Origin: a virus
Direction: 5' to 3' (one strand)
IMG/VR virus record: IMGVR_UViG_3300037323_000212
Span: 6,227-70,226 of that record
Length of the DNA stretch: 64,000 bases
The notes beneath the pieces are model-generated. The model had not been told where the DNA came from. It worked only from the letters and a program-made list of their open reading frames with translations, and made no database searches. Position numbers and translations under genes: made by a program. Shown piece after piece: positions 20,313 to 30,241 of this stretch. Position 1 is the stretch's first letter. The number at the start of each line of letters is the position of its first letter.

Positions 20313-21218
20313 ATGTTGGAATTTTTGTTGATAAGTGGTCGCTCAGCGGCGCTGGGTAATGTCTCGGGATTTGCGCTGTTTGGGGGTGGGCGCGCTGCCA
20401 CCAGCACCGCTGTCACCGACCGCTACACGTACGCGAGCCACACGGTGGCAGCGGGTACCGCACTGGGCACGGGACGGTACAGTTTGGCTGCCACGGGCAA
20501 CAGCACACTCGGGGTGTTTGGTGGCGGGCACACGGGCAGCGCTATCACCGCTGTCACCGACCGCTACACGTACGCGAGCCACGCGAGAACAGCGGGCACG
20601 TCATTGGGCACAGCACGGAACGCTTTGGCTGCCACGGGCAACAGCACACTCGGGGTGTTTGGGGGTGGGGCTGCTGCCACCAACACCGCTGTCACCGAGC
20701 GCTACACGTACGCGAGCCACGCGGTGGCGGCGGGCACGTCACTGGGCACAGCACGGCACGCTCTAACTGCCACGGGCAACAGCACGCTGGGGCTGTTTGG
20801 CGGTGGGCGCGCTGCCACCAGCACCGCTGTCACCGACCGCTACACGTACGCGAGCCACGCGGTGGCAGCGGGCACGGCATTGGGCACAGCACGGTACTAT
20901 TTGGCTGCCACGGGCAACAGCACACTCGGGGTGTTTGGGGGTGGGTACACGGACAGCGTTTTCACCGCTGTCACCGACCGCTACACGTACGCGAGCAACT
21001 CGACAGTGGCTGGCACGTCACTGGGCACGGCTCGATCTGATCTGGCTGCCACGGGCAACAGCACACTCGGGGTGTTTGGGGGTGGATGGACTGGCAGCGC
21101 TAACACCGCTGTCACCGACCGCTACACGTACGCGAGCAACACGGTGGCAGCGGGCACGGCACTGATCACGGCACGGCACCGTTTGGCTGCCTCCTCCTCC
21201 TCCCCAGGTGGCTTCTAA
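20313..21218 (+). CDS. Kelch-like six-repeat beta-propeller protein, copy 2
   Basis: Same MLEFLL.SGRSAALGNVSGFALFGGG start, six repeats and SSSPGGF end as copy 1; flanked by hairpins at 20180-20228 and 21262-21303. Confidence 0.85.
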   Translation: MLEFLLISGRSAALGNVSGFALFGGGRAATSTAVTDRYTYASHTVAAGTALGTGRYSLAATGNSTLGVFGGGHTGSAITAVTDRYTYASHARTAGTSLGTARNALAATGNSTLGVFGGGAAATNTAVTERYTYASHAVAAGTSLGTARHALTATGNSTLGLFGGGRAATSTAVTDRYTYASHAVAAGTALGTARYYLAATGNSTLGVFGGGYTDSVFTAVTDRYTYASNSTVAGTSLGTARSDLAATGNSTLGVFGGGWTGSANTAVTDRYTYASNTVAAGTALITARHRLAASSSSPGGF

Positions 21219-21305
21219 GCCCCTCAATGAAATAAGAAATTTACAACACAAAATAAAAACAGCATAAAACCCAGCGCCTATCAGGGCGCTGGGTTTTATA
21301 TGCCG

Positions 21306-22832
21306 TCAAACCACAGCACCCGTGAAGATGTCGTGGTAGGACTTGGCGCGCTCTTTGAGCATCGTGACTTTCTTGCCGTGGTACTCCAAGTGCTTGGGGA
21401 TGTCGGTGCACACAAAATAGTAAAACGTCGTGGGGTGGTCTTTCAGGTCTCTGAGGCGCCCCAAGCCCTGCACGTTGGACTGCTCGCTTGCAATGGCGGT
21501 CGTTAAGATCACGGTCGTTAAATCCGGGATGTCAACCGCCGTGCCCGCTGACAGCAGGGTCGTGAAAACGATGTCCGAGTCAAAGAGGTTTTGATAGTCA
21601 TCGTCTTCTACGTAGCGCCTTACCCGAAGCGCACCCAAGCGGTGCTCAAAGTGCTCGGTGAGCAGCGTGCACATGGCAATGGAGGCAGCAAACACCAGCA
21701 GCTTTTTCTTGGGTCGGGTGATGCTCAAGAAGCTCATCTCAATCAACTGCTCAATCAGCTTGAAGTAGTTGGCCTTGGTGGGTGGGTGGCGCATAATGGA
21801 TTTCTCCAGCGCCCCGTGAGAATACCCCCGACCACCGTACTCCTCGGTGCGTATGCTCTCAGGCTTGGCCAAGCGGTAGTGCACCGCGTAGGCATCGATG
21901 TAGCGGTGCAGCGCCATCCCCGCGTAGCGCTCGCTGCGTGGGAACACCATCTCGTACATCTTGACCAAAAACGGGTCGCTGTTGATCAAGGTGGCTGAGA
22001 GCGCAATGGAGCGCGCCACGTTGGAGTACAGCTCGAGCTTCACGTTAAAATGCCAGTCCAAATGAATCTCGTCAACCAGTTTCACCCCCACCCCGAGCAG
22101 CTCAAAGAGCTGCTCGGGCACGCACGCATAACCCATGTCCAGTGTGTCGTTGCGGTACTTCTCGTACAACTTGATCCAGTTCTGGTGCGTCTTGTTGCTG
22201 AGGATGATCACCTTTTGCGTGACCAGTCCTTCTTTGGCCAGCATCAAAAGCGCCATCAGTTGGCTGGAGCCCCGAATGACGACAATGTCTTTAGGCTCGA
22301 TGTCGTAGGTCTTGATCACATCATCGACCCATTTTTCGATGTACATGGGCTTGATGATGATGGCAAAGCGCTTGCCGTAAGCGGCCAGCGCTTGGAGAGC
22401 CACAAACGATTTGCCTTTGCCTGTTTGCAGGTCCACGAACTTGCTCACAGGCAGCGGTGTGGCCAAGTAGTCCAGAACGGGCAGCTGGTAGTCCCTGGGG
22501 ACCCACTGGGGCTTGACGACAAACTCAGCGTCCACACCCTCTGGCGTGGGGAGTGTCTCCCAAGACACCAAGCCCCGGTCGATTTGGTTCTCAATTAAGA
22601 ACTGCTTGAACTTGGGCAGGGTGTTGATGTGAAAGCGAAACTCACCCCTGTCCTCGGTGGCCACGGCAAACACCCGCAGGCCCACGCGTTGGTACTGCCC
22701 GCGCTGCTGAACAAACCCGTACTGCACAAAGTTGCGTGCAAACTGAGAGCACAACCACTTGCCTCTGGCAGACAGGTTAAAGGCGCAGTAGCCGTGGGAA
22801 TACACTTTGACACTCAGGTGCTGTGTGCTCAT
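21306..22832 (-). CDS. SF2 DEAD/DEAH-type helicase (phiKZ gp75-like)
   Basis: RDYQ Q-motif, LQTGKGKS Walker A, VDEIH, LSAT, QGLGRLR. Confidence 0.9.
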   Translation of the reverse strand: MSTQHLSVKVYSHGYCAFNLSARGKWLCSQFARNFVQYGFVQQRGQYQRVGLRVFAVATEDRGEFRFHINTLPKFKQFLIENQIDRGLVSWETLPTPEGVDAEFVVKPQWVPRDYQLPVLDYLATPLPVSKFVDLQTGKGKSFVALQALAAYGKRFAIIIKPMYIEKWVDDVIKTYDIEPKDIVVIRGSSQLMALLMLAKEGLVTQKVIILSNKTHQNWIKLYEKYRNDTLDMGYACVPEQLFELLGVGVKLVDEIHLDWHFNVKLELYSNVARSIALSATLINSDPFLVKMYEMVFPRSERYAGMALHRYIDAYAVHYRLAKPESIRTEEYGGRGYSHGALEKSIMRHPPTKANYFKLIEQLIEMSFLSITRPKKKLLVFAASIAMCTLLTEHFEHRLGALRVRRYVEDDDYQNLFDSDIVFTTLLSAGTAVDIPDLTTVILTTAIASEQSNVQGLGRLRDLKDHPTTFYYFVCTDIPKHLEYHGKKVTMLKERAKSYHDIFTGAVV

Positions 22833-22994
22833 AAAAAGAACTCCTTAAAATCCCTCAATCCAAGGGTACACCCCATAGCGCGGGACACTTATTTTACCCG
22901 CCAATCAATCCACTGTTTAAGCTCCTTGTAAAAAACAAAATAAAGCCCCACACCCCCTTCGGCTTGATTGCCTAAGGGGGTGTGGGGCCAGGGG

Positions 22995-25679
22995 TTAAAG
23001 GGTGCTTTGACCCAGTACCTCGTAGGGCATCAGCACCGCGTCCATGATGTGGTCGGGGCGGTTTTTGTTGCAAAAGTTGCTGGCTGAGGTAAACGCCACC
23101 AAGTGACCTTGGTAGCCCATTGTGGCCGACATGCTGCGGCACTCCAAGATCTTTCGCATGACACCCACGCCTGACTCCGTCCAGGGCTTGGGCAAGCTGT
23201 AGTCGCCCTTGGTGGCAGACACCACCATCGAGCTGTACAAGATCACCTCCAGAATAGCCAAGTTGATGCTCATTCGGTGGTTGACCAAGTCGTAGAACTC
23301 AATCAGCATGGAGCCTGGGTGCACAACCTCGCTTCGGGTCTCCAACTCATCGACCGTGGCCTCCAGCATGGCGGCGATTTCCGATGTGTTCAACACCGCG
23401 CGTTAAGCGGTGCCCGTTTGCTCGAGGTCTCACGACCGGGAGTACTGCTGCAGGGTTTCCCTGCATGTCCAGACTATATCTTCACCCGTCTCGTTAGAGC
23501 GAGGGTGCTTCCTGTTTCGACTCACTTGAGTCTACTGACCCCACGGTCATAGTCGTTGAACCTTTCCCATGCCTTTCGGTTTAGGGACTTGGCTGCTAAA
23601 GGGGACCTTAGGTCCCACGGTTGCCCATTGTAACATCCACTCTTTGTTAGACTGTCGACGCCTGCTTTCGCAACGCCTGTAGTAGAGCAGCTTTAGGGGT
23701 TTCCAGCAGTTAAAGAAGTTACACTGCCGCATTTCGGCGGCAGGAAGCATGATTACAGTAACGTTAAGTTCTCTTTCAATTCCCAATCCCCTAATGGAAG
23801 ACTGTTTTCAATCCTAGACTTAACTATGTGGTACGACGTATTAAAGGTTGACATAACCGCCTCCAATGAAGGAAACATCATCGTCTCGCCAGTTATTGTT
23901 AAGTCGCTAGGGGTTCCATTGCTTTTGCAAAGTTGGGAATTGAGAGAAACGATATAGTTGTGGTTTCCAGGGATTTTTTTGAACATGTCAATCCTTTAAG
24001 AGTTACTCCCACTATATCTCAAAACATCACAATAATTCTTTACTTTGGTGCTGGGACATGTTAAAGTGGCGCATGGGCAGCACCAAAATGGGCTGGGTGT
24101 AGTCCCAGCCCTCCATGTCAAACTCGTAGTTGTTCTCCTTTGTCACCGTCCAGCCCACCTCCTTGATGTGTTTGAGCAGCCGGTGGGTCATGCTCGCTTT
24201 GCGCTTGTTGACCTGCACCGTGAGCGGCTCCAGCCTGTCTTCCTTGTCTCCGCCCACAAACAGATACACCTCATCGAACTCACTGATGCGAGCCAAGTTC
24301 AGGCTGCTCACGTCATCGACGACTTTTAGGTCCGCCAAGCCCAGCACCTGGTCTGCTTGGACGATCAGGCGCACGCGCTTTTTCTTAAGCGACTCGTGCA
24401 AGCAGTACGCGTTGCCGTTGCCCGCCACCGTCAGGTACTTCTTGGCGTTGCTGTCGAGCGTAATGCCCACGACCGTTGAGCTGCCAATAAAGTGCTTGGT
24501 CGACAAGATGATCTGGCCCAGCGCAGACGTCATGGCCACGCACGTGATGTGTCCCAAGTTGGAGTTGACCGGCACAGCTTCACTCGCTTGCCCGAAGCAC
24601 ACCTCACAGATGCCGTAAGGGTCGGGGTGCGCGCACCCCGCCACAACACTGCGCAGCTTGATCGTCTTGCCCAAGAGGTGCGTGTCGTCTTCGCTTACGA
24701 TTTTAAGGGTGTCTGTCTCCTCATCCAAGTAGTACTTGCCCGCGATGTTTTTCAAGTCACTGTCACCCACCTTGGCACCCGACTCGTCACAGCGCAGCCC
24801 GCGCACGTTCCACAGCAAATACTCCTTGCTCCCGCAGTCCCCCAGGTGCAAGTTGCGAACGTTTTGACACACGAGCTGCTGGCGCCGTGAGAAGTACTCG
24901 GACTGCTGCAGGGGCTCCGTTGAGTTGATCAGTGCGATGGCGGCTGTGCGCGACTCCAGCATGGAGTCGTACAAACTGCGCAGGCCCTGGATGAAGCCGC
25001 GCTTGACAGGCTGCTTGAACAGCTCTGAGTCGATGTCGGTTAAAAACCCCCTGGTCGCCAAGCAGTTCAGCGCCTGAGCGGGACGAGCCAGTCCAGAGCG
25101 AATGGTCTTCACCAGGGAGTTGCCGGGCAGCTGGTCGTCCTCTGAGATCAGCTGCAAAATAGCGTCACTGACCGAGGAGATGCCTTTCTCGGTGGGCACC
25201 AGGGCGGCAAAAGCCGCCTTCACGCGGGGGTGGGTGGAGATTTGGATAAAGTCCATAATATCCAAACTCGTCACGTACGCCTCCAGGCGGTACGAGAGGT
25301 CGTTGTAGATCGTGTTGGTGATCTCATACGACATGCGACTCAGCACATCGAGCAGCTCGGTGCGGTTGGCGCACTGGTGTTTGTAGGTGTCGTAGACGCT
25401 CAGCCTGGCGTTGTTGATCAACTCCAGGTGGGTGCCAACGCCTGAGCGCCCCTCTTTGATGATGCTTTTGACGTGATGGCGCATCAGCAAGGGCGCCTGT
25501 GGGTACGCCCGGTGGTAGTCCCAAGCGTACGAGGAGTAGAGTGTCTCCTTGTCGTTGGTTGCGAATTCGCCGTCATCCATCACGAGGGCAAAGTTGCTCT
25601 GTGGCAACTTTGCCCACAGCTGCTCTGTGGTGAAGGCCAGGAGCGCGCGCGCGGGAATGCGTTGCAAGGTGGTGATCAA
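22995..25679 (-). CDS. Non-virion RNA polymerase beta' C-terminal subunit (phiKZ gp74-like), spliced from 2 exons
   Basis: complement(join(22995..23381,24042..25679)) = 2025 nt. SEYFSRRQQL, GDCGS, GICEVCFG and QIILSTKH motifs; splice restores HFNMSQHQSEIAAMLE. TTG start after AGGA. Confidence 0.85.
23382..24041 (-). ncRNA. Group I intron in nvRNAP gp74-like gene (660 nt) carrying an endonuclease remnant
   Basis: Minus strand: AACTGCTGGAAA (P), GTTCAACGACTA (R), GAAGATATAGTC (S). Exon end CAAAGT pairs with IGS GTTTTG; terminal G at 23382. Confidence 0.85.
23753..23986 (-). pseudogene. Internally deleted homing endonuclease remnant inside the intron
   Basis: AT-rich 77-aa ORF after AAGGA. MFKKIPGNHNYIVSLN resembles HNH-HEG N-termini and ITGETMMFPSLEAV resembles an IENR-like C-terminal repeat; no HNH motif. 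Confidence 0.6.
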
Positions 25680-25737
25680 GATTGGTTCCTCTATGGTCTT
25701 GTTGCACAGGCGGTCGGTTGATCGACCGCCTGTGTGT

Positions 25738-28343
25738 TTACTGAGTCACGTGCCCGAGCCCGCGCACCGTGTAGTTCACATTGGGCTTGTACGCCTCGTA
25801 GCGAAACCGAAAGCCACTCACACTCAAGAAGTGGTGGCACAAGGACACGGGCTTGGAGCCGCCCAGTGGAGTGAGCCTTCGGTCAATCAGCCTGGGTATG
25901 TTGCACGGCTTGTTGCTTACCAAGATGGTCCTCACAATGCTCTTGTGGGTCTTGGGGTTGTTGTTGCGGTCCATCAACTCCGCCACAAAGAGCGGGCCCA
26001 CGTAAGACACGTAGATGCGCACCTCTGCCTCACCCGCTCCTCGAACGGGCTGGGGTCGGTAGGGCTTGGAGTACTTATCAGCCTTGGTCACAGGTGCCAG
26101 CACGCCAAAGTGCTGCAGCTTGCCCGAGGACACGGCACTCCAGTCGTCTCCTGTTTTCTCCAGCAAGATGAAGTACATGCCCGCGATGCGCACCTTGTCT
26201 TTGGTCACCACGCGCGCGCCTGAGTTGCCCACGTAGCTCACCGGCCCCCACAGGGGCTGGTAGTGCTGCTCGAGCTGCAGCACAATGTCCTCGGACTCGG
26301 GTTGGTTGTTGGTGGGCAGGAAAATCGTAATCCCTCTCTCTACGATGTGACTCAGGTACTCAATGGGTTCTTCTCGGATGTTCTCCGGGGTGAACCAGTT
26401 GTGCATCCGAGGCGACAAAATGGCGTAGTAGCCCATCAGGTAGTCCCAGGCCTGGCTCACCAGCACGGGAGACAGGTTTTGCAGGTGCGTGAGCGCCTTG
26501 TGTGCGCGCATGCTGGTGGAAATGCTCAGCGTTGCGCACAGGCGCTTGTAGGTGTCTCGGCTGCACGCGTTGTAGTACTGCTCGTACAGGCGGCCCAAGT
26601 TCATGCGACCAATCGTTGAGTTCGGGTCGAACACAACGTCAGCTCGGTTGCCGTGCTCATCGATGGGCATTTGGTCCTCATCGACGACTTGACAGATCAC
26701 GGCTTTCCTGTTGTCCAGTGAGTTCTGCTAACTCACCCGGTGTGCTGATTGACACCCGCCTGTGGCTTTCCCACAGGAGCAGACTATATCTTCATCCCCG
26801 GTTGTTGCGTCTAAGCAACTCGCGGTAGGATGCTTCCCATTTCGGGGCTCATGCCCCTACACCGTGGTAAGCGGTTAGTCGTTGAACCTTACCCGTGCGC
26901 GCTGTGTATCACTGCGCGCGTGCGGGTCTTGGCTGCGGATTACCCACATCTTTATCTTTGTTACCGTACCTGAATGATTGGTTCAGCCGCCAAAAGGTTT
27001 CCCAGTTTGGTTTGGTAGATAAAGCGCTAGAGGATTTTCCCGTCAGTTAAAGAAGTTTGTCTTTGGCCATTACTGGCCAAAGAGGCTGGCTTAAGTGAGT
27101 GCTTGGGCGCCGGTGCGAGGTGAGTCGCTCGGCACAAAGTCTCCACTCAATTTCAACCACCATGCAGGTCAGTGAGCTTAAAGCCCGTGCCTGGTATTAC
27201 GTCGTACTCAATGATGAACTCCACCCAGTAGTCATCGAGTGGGGTCTTGCGGTACATTTTGCTGACGCCTTGGCCCGTGGCCAACTCGCTCACAACCGAC
27301 TGGGCTTCTACCACCAAACGGTGAAACTCAGGCGTTATTTCCAGCGCCTCTCCGCGCTGGCGGTGCAAGTCCGTCCAGATCTTCAAGATGCGCTCAAAGT
27401 ACACCCGACGCGCGTCGTCGTACTTCTGGGACTGCTCGTCCATGTGATGCCCAGCGAAGTTGCGCCTGTTTAGGCCATGGTGAATCTTGATGTCCACGAC
27501 CCGCCCGCCCGGGCCGTTGGCGTAGAGGGTCGTGTCAAACGCAAAGTCCACCTCACTCAAGTCGTGCACGCCTTGCTCGACAACGGCCAGCTCCAGCGGG
27601 TCGTAAGAGCGGGTTGCCATCAGCAACCCGTCGTCTCGAATGATTTGGCCGATGTCTGGATAGGCCTTGTAGTTGATGAAATTGCCCTGCTCGTCTTTGT
27701 CGCCATACAAGTTGAGCGCCAGCTTCTTGCTCCCCCACTCCGAGATGCGTGTCTCGTAGGTGCGAAAGCCCATCTTGGGCAAGAAGTTGCGGTTCACCAG
27801 CACGCCGTCCTCGGACGTGGCAGGGAGTGACATGAACGCCACGTTGCCTTGCAAGCCGTACTTGTAGTCGCCCTCATCGCTGATGGAGGGTGACTCCAGC
27901 AGCACGGAGTCCTTGGCCAGCTTAGCGCCCACCGCCACCTTGGACAGGTCTTTGCCCGCCACGTACTTAAAGCCAAAATACTGGTGATTGCTGCAGTGGT
28001 CGGTGAGGCTCACCATGCCCACGACTTTGGTGTCCACGTCCTCGTAGATGACAACCGTTTGGGGATTGACCTCGATGCGATCTGGCCCACCCGTGTTGGC
28101 GTAGCGCTCAACCAAGTGCAGAACTTCTGCATCCACCGGGATTTTCACGTTGAACGTGTACTCACCGAACTTTCGCTCCATGCCGGTTTGAAACCGCCGC
28201 GCGGTCGAGTGGTTCAAGGTGAGCATCTGGCCCAGATGGTTTGACATCATGTGGGTGCGCGACGCGGTGTTGTGCTCCAACCAGGGATTCAAACCACACA
28301 GACCCAAGAGGTACGGGTTTAGTTGATTTTCGTTGTCTGACAT
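25738..28343 (-). CDS. Non-virion RNA polymerase beta C-terminal subunit (phiKZ gp71-73-like), spliced from 2 exons
   Basis: complement(join(25738..26706,27156..28343)) = 2157 nt. SEDG motif; splice restores GFKLTDLHGGKAVIC (equivalent of GDKxxGRHGNKGV); RMNLGRLYE; GAGEAEVR. Confidence 0.9.
26707..27155 (-). ncRNA. Group I intron in nvRNAP beta gene (449 nt, no ORF)
   Basis: Minus strand: AACTGACGGGAAA (P), AATCCGCAGC (Q), GTTCAACGACTA (R), GAAGATATAGTC (S). Exon ends GGT; terminal G at 26707. Confidence 0.9.
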
Positions 28344-28410
28344 AATTTCCTTTGAATTAAACGCCTGGGAGCTGTGTCAATAAAGACATGTATTGCTCAG
28401 CGCCAAGAGG

Positions 28411-28434
28411 GTAATGTGTGACTGAAAGATTTTT
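28411..28434 (-). promoter_or_regulatory. Putative phage early promoter motif (TCAGTCACACATTAC)
   Basis: Related CAGTCACTTATTAT copies at 33338-33359 and 57833-57846, and a weaker copy at 5920-5934, each upstream of a minus-strand gene. Resembles the phiKZ early TATATTAC motif. Confidence 0.55.
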
Positions 28435-28455
28435 CAAATAAGACAGAGGCAACCT

Positions 28456-28806
28456 ATGCGAATAGACCGAGATATGATCAGCGCGGGCGCAGACATCCAC
28501 TACGACAAGGCGTTTCGAGACATGCTCGAGTCGCACTTGGAGTACCTGCGCGAGCACCCCAAGACCCGTACCATCCAAGTGGACCCCCAGCGCGCGCTGG
28601 TCTATGAGGGCGACCTCTTTGGCTTCTTTCTTGAAGCGAGAATCGAGATGCAGTTGCACTGGGTGAGCATGCGGGTCAGTGGACTCTTCTCCCCCCATGA
28701 CTTCACCCCCGAGACGGGCAACCTGCTCATACCCGACTCCGGTGAGCTGGAGTCGCTTCGCCAAGCACACACTGCCACGGGCCTCACGAGCCAAGGAGTG
28801 CTTTAA
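28456..28806 (+). CDS. Small conserved hypothetical protein
   Basis: 116-aa ORF after GAGG; YEGDLFGF...LHWVSMRVSG motif. Confidence 0.7.
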   Translation: MRIDRDMISAGADIHYDKAFRDMLESHLEYLREHPKTRTIQVDPQRALVYEGDLFGFFLEARIEMQLHWVSMRVSGLFSPHDFTPETGNLLIPDSGELESLRQAHTATGLTSQGVL

Positions 28807-28867
28807 AAAACAAGCACCTCCAAAAACCCCTAGCGCGTGGCGGCGCTAGGGGTTTTTATGCCGTGCT

Positions 28868-30220
28868 TTAAATACCAGAGCGCCCAGGCACGTAGACTTG
28901 GGGTGCGGGCCACTGAGGCGAGCCTTGTTGGCCCTGTGGGTGCTGCTGGTTGGGCCACTGAGGCGGGTAGTATCCCGGTGCAGCGTTGGGGCGGTCCCAG
29001 ATGGGTGGGGCCAGTCGAGCGGACATGGGCCCTGGGGGCAATTGCTGGGGTTGCTGGCCGTAGGCCGAGTGCATGGATGCGGCCAGCTGGGGATTGGCTC
29101 GCATAGATGCCTCGAAGTCAACTTTGCCAGAAGCGTCTTTCACGCCTCCTAGGACAGGCTGTTGTTGCTGCGGGTGCTGATACGCGGGTTGTTGGGGTTG
29201 CTGGTAAGCGGATTGTTGGGGTTGTTGGGGTTGCTGGTAAGCGGATTGTTGAGGTTGTTGGGGTTGCTGGTAAGCGGGTTGTTGAGGAGGTGTGTTGGGT
29301 GCTGGCGTTTGAAGCGCTTGCGCTTGCGTTGTAGGTTTGTCATCGGGTGCGCCTTCGTTGCCCGACTGCATGGGGATCATGCGGATTTGCGGCAGCATTT
29401 GTGCCAGGTTATCAAACACCTCAATCCACTGGTCGTTGTAAATGTAAAGCTCTGGCTGATCGATGAACTGCTCGTACTCAGAGACCAGCGTGTTCACGTT
29501 GCCCGCCAAGCCCAGCAGACCCTTCATCAGCGCGTCCAAGAAGGGGGCCACATCGGACTCACTTCCGCGGTCAAAGCTGTTGGCCTTATCGATGCCGGGC
29601 ACCACAAACTTCAGCAGCTGCTGCAGGGCCAGTTTGTCTTTGGGCCTCACCTTCACGCCAAACACCTGCTTGCCCTCGCCTTTTAACTCAGCGTACAGGG
29701 GAAAGCTCACGATTGCTGCGCGCGTGTACGTGCGACTACCGATCTTGCCGTTCTTTTTGAGAAACATGTGCGCAAAGCACTTGTCTTTGTTGCCAATGCC
29801 CATAGCGGTCTTGATCGCGTTGAACGTCGTGAACGTCTGCTCATCAGCGCCCGTGATGCACGAGAGGATACCGGCCAAGTCTGGGGGGATCTTGGCGTGC
29901 ATGGGCTGGCTGGTGACCAAGTGCAGCAACTCGCTGCACAGGCCACCGAGCACCCAGTTGAGATTGGTGTTGATCGCCATCCTGAATTTCTCCAAGACCG
30001 AGCTCTCGTTGCGCCACACGTTCTCGCTCAAGGGGTGAAAGAGCACGATGGCCGTCTTGTCCTCACTGGCCATGTTCTCGCGGGTGGGCAGCACCATGCG
30101 CTTGCCGTCCACGGTGAATGGCACGGTGATGCCCTGCATGCTCGCAGAGATCATACCCTCCTCGTCTGCCGATAGGCTGCCCGTTGCGAGCAGGTGTCGG
30201 TAAAGCTCAATGATTTTCAT
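28868..30220 (-). CDS. Conserved protein (phiKZ gp70-like) with Gln/Pro-rich C-terminal region
   Basis: GKRMVLPT...LFHPLSENVWRNES motif; syntenic between picA and the nvRNAP beta gene. Confidence 0.7.
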   Translation of the reverse strand: MKIIELYRHLLATGSLSADEEGMISASMQGITVPFTVDGKRMVLPTRENMASEDKTAIVLFHPLSENVWRNESSVLEKFRMAINTNLNWVLGGLCSELLHLVTSQPMHAKIPPDLAGILSCITGADEQTFTTFNAIKTAMGIGNKDKCFAHMFLKKNGKIGSRTYTRAAIVSFPLYAELKGEGKQVFGVKVRPKDKLALQQLLKFVVPGIDKANSFDRGSESDVAPFLDALMKGLLGLAGNVNTLVSEYEQFIDQPELYIYNDQWIEVFDNLAQMLPQIRMIPMQSGNEGAPDDKPTTQAQALQTPAPNTPPQQPAYQQPQQPQQSAYQQPQQPQQSAYQQPQQPAYQHPQQQQPVLGGVKDASGKVDFEASMRANPQLAASMHSAYGQQPQQLPPGPMSARLAPPIWDRPNAAPGYYPPQWPNQQHPQGQQGSPQWPAPQVYVPGRSGI

Positions 30221-30241
30221 GATAAATTTCCTTTACTTAGG

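Noticed and set aside
15605-21218. One propeller copy acting as the DGR template for the others
   Set aside because: No copy consistently has adenines at the variable positions and no reverse transcriptase is in the window, so any template must lie elsewhere.
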